From Paraspadella gotoi (lineage: Eukaryota > Animalia > Chaetognatha), in assembly GCA_051294375.1 (NCBI GenBank), contig CM119270.1:13867316-13931315 (forward strand): a DNA stretch of 64,000 bases, in the 5' to 3' direction. Below the pieces are notes generated by a model. That model did no database searches. It saw only the letters and a list, made by a program, of their open reading frames with translations, and was not told the DNA's origin. Below, in pieces: positions 49,401 to 61,400 of the stretch (position 1 is the stretch's first letter; every line of letters starts with the position of its first letter). The translations under genes were made by a program, and so were the position numbers.

Positions 49401-52400
49401 AAAGAAACTGAAAAAAGGGCAACAGTCGCACCTCAAAAAGGTGAGAAAGCTGCTCCAATCAAAATTAATGAAGAAATAAAAACGCAAACTGTCACGGACA
49501 AACGGCAGGAAACAAAAATCAAACCCAAAAAACAGCCGAATCCTTTATCCAGTGATATTGACAAAAGTGAACGGCAAGAGCTTCAGAGCGTCGCGGGTGA
49601 GAATAAAAAAACAATCAAAGCTATTGAAACAGTTCAAAAAGATAAAAAAACAGATGTAAAAAACACAAACCAGATTTCAAGAAAAACTGAAACTAGTAAA
49701 GATTTGAAAGCCACAAAACAAGAAATGATGCAAGACACTAGCAAAGTATCTAACCAGGCAATCGTGACTGGAGTTACTGATGAGGAAGCCCGAGAAACAC
49801 TTCAAGAAAATAACAGCAAGAAGACAAATTCCGAAAAAAATTTGGAAAAATCAGTAATAGCGAAAAAGAAAGACATGGCACTAAACCCAGAAACGATTTT
49901 AATGGATGAGGCGGAAAAGTTGCCACATTTCGAAAATTCACAATCAACTGACATGGTGGCCCCAAGCATAGGTCACGCAATTAAAGTACCCTCTCAAACG
50001 CCACAAGCTCGTCTTGCAAGCCCTTATGGACAAATCAGTATTCCACCTGGCACCATAATACACAAAGTTCAAAGTCTGCCACCCGGGGCAGTTCCAATCG
50101 ACCCATCTATGGTTCCGCCTGGTATGATTTCCATGCACGCTGCAACAAATTTAAATTTACAAAAGAAACTTCAAAAACCTGAAATTGTGCAACAAGCTCA
50201 GGGCAGGAGTAGAACATTATCAGAGGACTCAGGTGAGAATATACCTAAAAATTCGGTAACAATAAAAGAACATATATTCACTTTGATTTCGTTGATACTA
50301 CTGCGTCAGTCGTTTTACCTACAGATCGAATTCAATGAGAAAATGAAGAGAAAATAATTATCCGATTTAACGAAAAAAAAAAGAAATCAGAAAAATTTGT
50401 TCAAGATTTTAAATTCATTTTCTACATTGCATCGATCTGCATGAAACCAAAAAACTAACAGAGTGAAGAAAGATAACTAACAATGCCATCAAAAAATAGA
50501 AAACACACAAATAACCCTTAATTATAAACCTACTAACAGAATGCTCTTTATTTACTATATATTTTCACTGGTGCCAACCTTTGAAAATGTAAAATAAGCA
50601 TGTAAATCAGCCATTTAACAATTACACTAAATTAAAAAAAAAGTTAAAATCCAAATTTTCTAGTTACTAATTAAAAAGTAAATATAACGAAGCAAGTCGT
50701 AACAGAGAAAAAAAAGTTGAGTAAGATTAAAGTTGACAAAATAATTCAATCATAAGAATTACGACAAAAAAACAAAAACAGGTGGAACATCCTATCAGGG
50801 TAATAAACACTTCGAAAAAAATTCCTAACAACCTTTAACTTATTGTCTATAAAAACTAATTCATCTACATCTGTATATGTTAAAAAAATTCCGCAAAATC
50901 ACAAAACTCTCACGAAGTGTTTTTATTCTGTGTAGGCGGTCTCCAAAGTTTCAATGCTTCAAATGTGGAAACAGAAGATCTGGCTTCCCAAATGGTAAAA
51001 ACGAAATATAAGCCAAGCACTGAAACCTCGTCATTAACAGTTAATCTCTCCGTCCCACAAAGTCAATTACAAAACAGCATACGAATGGAGAGTACAACCT
51101 CGAAATCTACCATTGGTCATCACAGAGCTCGCAAAAGATTACAGCGTTCAAATACAGACCAAATAGTACAGCGATCAAATACAGAGCAAAGATTAATGAC
51201 AGCACCATTAGCCCATTCTGAATTTGAGGATGGCACTAATCTTGTTGAAGCTCTCACACTAACGGAGTTCCCCAGAAAAAAATCTTCCGTTCAACATCCT
51301 CAAACTATGAAAACAAAGCCGCCAAATGCCTCCCAAACAAAAAAGCTCAAAAAGAACTCTCGATCGTCATCTTGCGCCGCCCAATAACAAGTTCTCTAGA
51401 AATAACATTAATTTGAACGTTTTTACATTTTAATCTTTTTTTTAATTTTTGTTAGTTCGACCAATAAGTAGGATTAGTTACCAACTATTTTTAAAAATCT
51501 ATGAAATTATCTGTTAAAAATTAAAAAAGAAAACTAACATGTCTTCCTTTCACTGCGTACGAGTTTAAAAACTATCAAATAAAGTTAAACTTTAATCTCC
51601 ACGATAAATAAACCAGCAGCGAACTAACCACTAATGCTTGGTGAACATTTGCCTTAACTAACTTTTAGTTATCATTCGGCGGCCAGACCTAAATTCTAAA
51701 AAAAAATTTCATAAAATCCACAGGTGACGAAATGTTCGTTCAAAGACTGAGGCCATTTTCAGTTACGTCCGATTCAGACACTGATGAAGATTCCGACTCA
51801 GACGATATTGAGGAACAGTTAACAACGTCGCAAAAACAATTTCACGTATCTACTACTTTGCCATCGAATTCTTTTCAGTCACGAGCCAAAAAATTAACAG
51901 CTAACGTTTTACGTACGAGATCTACAACTCCGGAAAACAAATCAGATGATAAAGGAAAGCCACCAAATTCTCAGGCAAAATCTATGACTAATGACAAGCT
52001 TAAGAAGCCATTGCAAAGGAAAAAGAGCAGTGAAGAAACAGTGAAAATGGAAAAACAAATTCAGGGAGCAACGAAAGGTGATAAAATAGAAATAATGAAA
52101 AGAGCCATGTCATCCGATCTCATACCAATTGAAGACAGCGCAAGTCGAGCAGCAAAGAAAACGGAAGCGAACCAGCCAAATGAAAACAAAAACAATTTTA
52201 GTGTTATGGACGATGGTTGGGGAATTTGAATTCGAATTTAAAATTCATGACCTTATTAATCAACTTTATTTATCAACTAGTCAAATAACAGTGGTAATTA
52301 TACTTTTTGCCATAAAATTTATCGGTAATAAAACAAAGAGAGAGCCAGAGACGGCCTTTTTATCTTACTAGTAATTACACTGGCTGATTTGTTGCTGCTT

Positions 52401-55400
52401 TGATGTCTTATACTAATTAAACTGCTTATATATTGAAACTAACACAAACCATTTATCTAATTATTAACTTTAATAAGTAACGTGTGCATGAATATTACTT
52501 TCATTGGATACAAGATATACGCAAAATAGTTTCTGTTGGCAGCTACAGATCAGTACCAACAAATTCGTTGACCACTTATAATTATCATATTTTCTCTCTG
52601 GCTCCTCTTTTTTCAGCCGGTTTAAAAACCCCAAAAGCACCTGCAAGATCCGATCAAAGAACGGTTTTACCTAAAAAGCAAATCCAAGACAAAAAAAGAC
52701 CGCCTGAAAAATTAAAAGGCGAGACAAAGTTGGATGCCCCTACTCAGACTAGCGCCATAGATGCAGCGACTGGGTCCCCGGCAACAAGCAAACAGTTTTC
52801 AGAAGCAATAAAGACCGAAATAGAATCCACAAGGAGCGAAACTGCGGCACAAGTTCCAAGTCTAAAGCAAGTTCCTCCATCACCAAAAGTGTACATTAGA
52901 AAAATTAAGGGAAAAGGCAAAGTAAAAAATCCTGAGCATTAAAGTTTGAACTTCATTCCAGAAATCCGTCTGATGTGTCCATCTTATTAGGTTTAAAACT
53001 CAAAATTTAACCTGCGATTACTTTGATAAACTTTCATTGAAGCAATTTTAAATAAAACTATGTTTGAAACTGCGATTTCTTATAAAATAAAAATTGTGTA
53101 AAGTTCAGATGAATAATACAGTTTTCATGCTCCGAATCCAAATATTTTTTTTTGTGATGATATAAACAACGGCCAACTAATATTAAACAGCTGCTTATAA
53201 CTGTGAGGAAGAATGTCCCGCAACTGAAACACCTTATGGACCTGGTGTTGATGTCCGACTGAGTTCCAGAGACAAATGTTGTCTTATATTGTAGTGTTTT
53301 TGTATCAGTAAGAAAACAAATTTTGCAACTGCACAGGTAATTTTTTTTTATTTAGCTAACTCACCCTCACAATGTGTCATTAACCACACAGACCGTGTCC
53401 AAAACTCCACTTTCACACTTGAAATTAAGACTAAACATTCTTGGTTTAAAGCAATAATTATGCCAGTGCTCTCTCTTCTGTTACTTACGTTTACACTTTA
53501 TCTTTCAATTTTAAATCAACCATGGGGCAATATTCGCCTTTCATGCGCCATTTTAATTTTAATTGTATGCACATTACGGCGTATAATTTTTTAAAGGAAT
53601 ATATTTTAAGGTTATCGGAAACGGTTTGTGTTTAATGACAACTGGGGGAGAGGGGGTACCAGGAAAAGGAAGCCTTGGCCATGAAGAATCCGATCAAACG
53701 GGGTCAAATTAGGTAAATTTACAAGAACTATGTAGTTGCCTTATCTAACAGCGTTCGTATTTATGGTGCCCCCCCTTTCCCTGCTTGGATACTGAATAGT
53801 GTTGTGTCCCCAAGAAAAAGCTTGCTAGAGGCTTAAGGATAAATATTTTAAGTGCAAAATTGAACAATTAAATGACCAAAATTCAACTCAAACATTTTCA
53901 TAATCCTGATTTATTGGTTTGAAGCTAACGTTTTTTAATAGAAAAACAAGGAAAAAAATAATTATTTAACATGCTACTAAAAAAATTTAAAATTTTCATG
54001 TATGATCACAATTGTAATTTTAAAACTGTCTATGTTCTTTCCCTATGTTTGTATGATTCAGAACAATGCGGAGATTTTTACCCTGCAACTGAAGACGCGC
54101 AAAGAAATAGAAGTTCTTCATACAGTTACATCAGTAATGTTTTTATATCTGTCGATCCTTGATATTTGTTTGCTATAAGTACATGCGCACCACCAATTTT
54201 CTATCAACAATAAAATTTTGTTCTGTGACAAGGATAAGATCTTTCGTTTGGGGCTGTGTAGTATCAATTTTATTTAAAAGTTTGTATCAATTTCGTGTTG
54301 CTCTTTATTATTCATTAAGAAAATACAACTTTTCGGCATCATTAAGAAACTAAAATGAAACTTAAAAATAATATTAAAATAATCGTAGAGAGTCTGCGAA
54401 TCCAAGGTAAAGTTTGTTCAAAGTACCGCAGGATAACAAATTTTAGCCAAATTTTAAATACAAAATACGTTGAGCTGGACGTTTTTCTGATAAACCCGTT
54501 AAAATCTGCTAAAAATTAAGACTTCTTCTGGGGGGAGAGTAAATGGGTCAAGCGGATCGCAGCATTTAAGCTCACCGTTCTGCCGGCGATCGGTGTTGTC
54601 CGTCCGCGCAATGTTTCCGGGCGTCGTGCGTCGCGCCAGGGCGTCTTCCTCTTGGTCGGATGCGTTCTGTGACGCCATCTCCGAATCGTTCCCGTCAATA
54701 GCGTCGTCCAGGTCTGTAAGCGAACGTGTCAGCGAAAGTGAGAATAATAACGAGAAGGGAAAGCGAAAATGAAAAAAAGGAAAAGCTTAATAATCTGGAG
54801 GAAAGAAGGAAACCTTTCAAAACAAGAAACTAGGAGCGAAACTCGTGCGAATCACCGAGGATTTTCGCGGATCCACCAAAAACTCTTTTGAACTCATTAA
54901 AGACTTCTAACAGAGGGATATCTTTGTTGTAAAGATATCTATAAACGTTTCCCCTTCTCATTTTTATTATTATTATGATGTGATGATCATTTGACAGGCC
55001 CTGCCGTCGCTTTGTGTGCCTCTCTCTCGTTACAGATCCACTTATTATTCAGTGGTCGACCCGGCAGCTAGGATAGAACTCCTTTCGTGGCTGGCCCTGT
55101 GGGCAATCACAGATGCGCTGGCGCGCCGTGCAGCCTCACCGCAGAATCCGCCCACTGACAAAACCAAACAACCGACGCGCCATTCCGCACGGCCTCACCT
55201 TCCTCGCGGTCGCTTCTCCTGCGGCGAAGGGGTCTTTGCCGGCCCCTTCTGCCGCCGACGCGTCTTCCTCGATTTCCAAAGAAGGTCGCCATCGATTCGG
55301 GTCCATCCGCCGCCGCGACAGCAACCGCGTCCGCCGCCGCAGCAGCTGCCGCAGCCATCGCCGATAACTCTTCTTCGCCTGGCGGGAAGACGATGCAGGA

Positions 55401-58400
55401 TAATGAAGTGAGGAGAAACGGAGGCAAGTTATTAAATTAATTTAATTCTAAGCTCGTTTTAACTTCCTTCCAGTTTCGAGCGACTCATCACCTAAAGTGA
55501 CAGAAGTGTCCATCTGCTGTTGGTCCTCGTCTTCTTCGTCGTTGTCGTCGTTCCGAGAACCTAGCATGTCCACCGTCGTCGCCTGGCTAGAAGAGGCCGT
55601 GTTTACGGAGCTTTGGGCGCTCTCTTGCGACTGGCCTTGGGTCGCAGAGGCGTCGGCGGCGGATGCAGCATCGGATTCGGCGACTGATGTCAGGGAGGGA
55701 AAAGGAGGGAAAGAGAGAATTAACAAAATATTTTTCATTTAAAATAGTAAAGAATGAACTCACCCTCGGAGTTGGAAGGCGGGTCTCCCGGAGGGCGTGG
55801 GGTTTCGGAAGCGGCCGGCTCTTCGGTCTGTCGACCTCGATGGCCGCGACGAGTACGAGGAGCTTCGCCGTTCAGACAAAACGGAATTCCCGGTTGCATG
55901 GTGATCTGAATCAATAACCGTTTATTTAGTCAAAGGAATGAGGGCATGGAAAATGGAAAAAGAAAAAAGGTAAGGTAAAGAAGGTAAGAAAAAAAAATAA
56001 AAAAATTCCAAGAATAAAAAATAAAGCAGGGACCACCTGTGGCTGATTGACGATTCTCGATAAGGTCTCCAATGGCTTGAGAGTTGCGTTGACAGTCGCC
56101 GAAATGTGCGGAGACGACAGATCTAGAGAGTAACTAACTCTCGCTAAATCGGTGATGACTCCCTGTTGCGAGGGGGTGCGGGACGAAAGATTACAGCGAA
56201 TAGTTATCGCTCAAATATGATCTCCGTACATCGGGGGGAAAATGGAGTCAACGCTCACCTTCCGGAGCATGAGACGCACGATGTTATTGAGGGGCGAAGC
56301 GAGAGAGCTCTTGAAGGGCGTCTGGGACGAATGTTGCGGCGGTGAGGGACACGACTCGATCATCGTCGACATCAGCGCCACCAACGCCTGGACCTTTTGG
56401 TGCTTGGATGATGACTCGGGGAGAGCGAGGGCACGGCCTGGAAATGCAAGTTTAAATTTAATAAAATTACAAAATTACAACACAAAGTTTAAGTTTTTAA
56501 AACTATATAATATATTTGCGAGTGTTTTCCGACTCCCTCACCAAGCGCTTGTTTAGTTTCCACGACGAGTTGCAACTGGCGTCGGGGCATGGACCGAAGC
56601 GGCGATGGCGGCGACGAGTACCCTGGCCAGCGCCGGCGCGTCCTTATCACCCGTCGTCTGACATGGAGGAAGCAATGGTCCAGCACGTAGCCAGGACGGA
56701 GCAGTCCTCGCGGGCACCGAAACCGCTCTGGTTGGGCTGTAGACGGATCGGGGTTGGTGGATGGTTAGAGAAAGAAAAAAACTGAGCCAGGGGTAAACAC
56801 CGCTTTTAATACTGACTTGATATACGTATCCCGCAATGACCGAAGCGACGCCGTGATAAGACCTCACCAATTCCGCCAGAAGGCGAAGGATGAGGATTTA
56901 GGAAGCAAGGGCTTAGTCCTAAATGAGTAAAGATTAGAAGTCTAACGTCGTTCTTAGAAATCGAGGAAGACTTTTTTCAATGGATATTTTCGTTAAAATG
57001 CTGACTTTACCAAATATGGTAACGCCCTGGGAAATATACAAGTAAAAAATAGAAGTAAAAACAACTCGATTGGCCGATCCTGTTTGCATCTGAAGGGCTC
57101 GGCATTTTTTTTTCTCTTGGACAAATAAACCATCTATTTGACATCAAACATCAGATTCAAATGGACGTGGTCCGCTCCGGATAAAATATTTTCGATGGGC
57201 AATTTCTTATATATAAAATAAACAGGGATTCTCTCACTCTCAATACAATGTCAACGGCATGTTAATAGACATATGTTGTGATTTTTAATGAAACTCAATT
57301 CAGGAATCCGGTGCATTGTCTGAAGGGCTCAAATTTTTCTTTACATTTTATTTGGTTATTTTGGCATACGAATACACATCGTTGGAAAAGTGAATAGTTC
57401 CATTTTTGGTGAAATTTTTATTTAAAGTAGTAAAAGTAACGAGGATCTATAGATCGGAATTCTACATGGAGTTTCAACGCGGGAGTCAGATGTCAAGTCT
57501 CAAATAGAATCTTCGTATGGCAAATCTTCCAAAGAAAGGGGTTGGATGTTCCGAAAATTTGGTTAAAAATTATTTTTTTTCCCGCCTATATTTATGGTGG
57601 ATTTTTTGAAACTTAAATATTTAAACAATTATTGGAGCCATCATTCTACACCCGTTGGGCCGGTTTTTAAGAATATTTAAAAAACCGTCTGGCTTGGTTT
57701 GTCAGAGCTTAGTCCTATAAAGAATCATGAGAAATAATTTTGAACCGCTAAAAAGAACATTAATAACAATCAAATCTACCGCTTCTCTGGTTAAAGTTTT
57801 TTCAACTTCATTGGCTAAGACTTCAGAGTTGCTTTCTGGCTTTTCGCCGTTTGTTCTGAAGACCTGCCGAATTCAGAAATACATACAAGAGATTAAGGCG
57901 GAGAATTATGCGTAAGTCACGACGGTTTGTTTTCACTGCACGTCGATACTATCGACCGAAAAATACACACGTACCCGACGAAGACGACGTACCCTCGTCC
58001 ATAGGGAAACTCTCCGGTTCGGAGAGCCAACGCGAAACGCCGACGGACGGAGCGTCATTGGCCGATTTTCGAGATTCGTTTGGGTCGAAGCTGCACCTGG
58101 ATTGGACAATGAACAGTTTTTCAAAAAAATTAAGAGTGGCAAAATTAAGGCTCAAACAAAGATTTATACATTTTAACATACTTTTAATGGACAGAAATTT
58201 CTAATATGGCTCATAACCCTATAATATATTTTTTTTAATTATTTATTTATAGATAGGAAAGGCCAAAAATATTTTTGAAAAATTTTAAAATTTAAGACCC
58301 TATTCAGATAGCTCATAAAAAGTTGTCTACATGAAGTATAAATCTTTTTTAAATATTCTTATGATGAAGTAAGTAAAAAATAAGAAAAACCGTCATCATA

Positions 58401-61400
58401 TTTCGATGCTTTTATCTGTTTTTTAGATTCTTACTAGAGAAACGTAAGAATTTTTAAAAGCTATCAGAATCCATCTAAAAATTTTAAGATTTAAAAAAAC
58501 AAAAAATTTTCCTCGTTACTCCTCATCTGGGGAAACGTTCTTTGCTAAGAAGTTGAGAAGTTCGTGGATGAGACTTTTGGTTGTCGATCCATCGAGAGAG
58601 GACACGCTTGGTTTAGTTCCTGGAAAGATTAGGCAAGTCAAAATTTGAAATGGGTTAAACTAGCAAACGAATGCAGCTCTTTTATTTGGAGTGATGGAGT
58701 CAAGAATTTTTTCAGCTTTTTTAAATAAAAAAAAACTTTTTATTACGTACTTTGTTTAAATAGTGTACATGGTTCAATATCGCTTTTGATTTAGTCCAAG
58801 AAACTCACCCGCGGCGTTGGCGGCCGCACATTTGACGAGCTGCGCAGCGTTGGGACCAGTGAGACGTTGCTCGTCGTCCTCACGCCGCGTGTAAGGCGGA
58901 AGTGCGATTCGGAGGTTTTGACGCGCAACTTCGGCGAATAAGTCGGAACTGGGGAGAAAATAAATAGGTAAGGCAACAGATCTAACGCTCTTACATCGTA
59001 CAAATCGTTGGGCTTCAATTTTTTTCTTACGATCGGCATGAGGCCGGCCCGAGAACTCTTAGCACGTAGTGGAGCTCTCGACTGCCGATAGACCCTTGAG
59101 CGACGCCAGAGGCATTGGAACCGATGCCCGCCGTCGCCGAGCGTACCACCTTTTCCATGGTTTGACGAAGAGTGGGCGGATCCTCCAAAATGTGGCGGAA
59201 AAGCAGTGTCGCGAGGGAGGTGAAGCCACAAAAGCCAGAAACCTGCGAAGATAGATCATAAGGTCACGAATAGGAAAGATTTCGCACAATTTCATGAAAA
59301 TAACTTACTTGGGTGAGTCTGAGCAGATGGAGGTGTCCCCCGATGGATACGAAGGTCTCGGCGTTGCTGTGAATACGCGTAAGGCGAAGGAGAAGGCGCA
59401 GTGCTGCGTGTAGAGTGTCAGGGTCGACGGGGAGCGCGATCATCGTCGTGCAGCACCGGACAAGCGTCTCCGAGTGAGTGAGAGACAAACCGGCAAAGAC
59501 CTGGAAAAAAATTAAGTGAAAAAAATTATCGCGAACGCTTTACAGTTCATATTAAGGTGAAGGCCGATAGATTAAAGTGAGCGAGATTCTCTAACCGGAA
59601 GTGACGGAAACGACGTCTCCTTGGATTCCGGAGGGGATTCTGACTGCGAAGATGGAACCGCGGAATCGCCCGACGACTAAATTAACATTTAGAACAATAC
59701 CGGAATACTATAATATGCATACATAAAAGTAAAAGAACAATAAGGATTTAAAAAAACATTGTCGCACCTTTGAAGCCGTCCCCGAATCTGCAGGCAAATC
59801 AAATGAGGCAGAACGCTGTAGAGAAGGCGAGGGAGTTTCTGTGGAGTCGGCCGCGGTTGGGGGAGGAGGCGGAGCGATCTCGTCGGTCTCCATCTCCGTC
59901 ACAGGAGCTATATGTCATTGTGAAAAAAAATTAGAGAAAAAGATCTACTTTAAAACACAAAAAAACTTAGTTGACCCTTACCCGATGCCGCAGCGGTTTG
60001 CCCTTCATCCGTCGACCCTGTGGAAGGCGCTAAAGGCGCGGCTGGTGTGGCCGAAGCGGCAGAATCGGACGGGGCGACCGGCGGCTCCTGAGATTCGCTC
60101 GGCTTGGCGCCGTCGGACGGGGACGATGTCGTCGGAGACGACTTCTTCTCCATAGGAGGAAGGCTGAGCATCACGGGCCGACGATTTCCCGTCTCCTCGT
60201 TGATCTGCGAAAAGGGAAATGCGAATAAGAAAATTTGTAAGAAAACGAATAGAACTTGCATTAAAGACAGGAAAAAAAGACACATTATCCATGTGAAAAT
60301 AACCTGAGTCATGGTGTTAAAATAAACGGTGTATCTCCGGCGGCCGGCGGTGAACCGGATGGAGGTTTCGCCTTGACGATAGGCGGTGTCGATGGTCGAA
60401 TTGTTCGTCGACGAGTAGGTGCACCATCTTCCGCTCCGGTCGTCGAACCACTTCCACGCGTGATGGCTTCCCTGAGGTGCGAGAATCGAATGTTAATAGA
60501 AACTCAGAGACATGAAATGAGAAACCAAAAACCGCGTTCAAATCTCACCGCCCTCTGATCCACGTCTCTCCTCCGACGCGAAGCGACGGCGACCTTCTCG
60601 AAGAGGTCCAGGAGGAGGAGAAGAGGTCCGAGCCACTTGGGCGTGGTCAGAGACGAGACGCAGGAGCAGCAGAAGCAGGCACCCGGTGGGTGAGCGGGAG
60701 AAGCTGATTGGTTCGCGACGGTGCAAGGAGAAGCAGGCGAGGTGGAGTCGCCGGCGGCCATCTTCAGCCAGGGGTCACAAACTTGGAGCAAATAGCAAAG
60801 GCTCTCGGCCAGCGATGAGTTCTCGACCGTTTGAGCGCAATGAACGCGCATTTCCTATGGGAAGCAGGAAGAAAGAAAAACGGAGTTAAAAAGCGAGAAA
60901 CACCGACGCCGCACGAAATCAAATTGTCCTCTCTCACCTCGAACAGCAGCGTGAGGAGATGAAGCCTCGTGGAGAGTCGCGACGATTCAGACGACGAGAC
61001 GAGCTTCTCCTGGATGCCGCGCATCGCCGCCCGACGACGGGCGTCGAGACCTGAAGTCGCGTCCGGCGACGAGAAACCGTCGCTTCCCCAGACGAGAAGT
61101 GCCCCGACGACGCCGTCGACGCAGACGTCGATCTCTTTGACGAGGTAGGACAGCATCGAATCGCGCCATCTGAAAAAAGAAAAAAAGAAAATAGTTGTTT
61201 ACGATTTTTAAATTGTGCAACGTTCGTTTGTAAAGCGATTCTTATATTTCTCACTTGAACCCGTTCCGCTGTGTCACGACGACCATTAGATCACACATTC
61301 GGTACGCCGTGTCTGGCAGAGTATCGAGCAAACGCAAGCAGCCTGTCCAAAATACAATTGTCATTGAAAATTCTTCCCGCAGAAAAAAAAAATAGCATAA

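Noticed and set aside
53154-53228. Possible C/D box snoRNA (GTGATGA...CTGA)
   Set aside because: Weak terminal stem, no rRNA guide I can recognise, and on the opposite strand to the host intron
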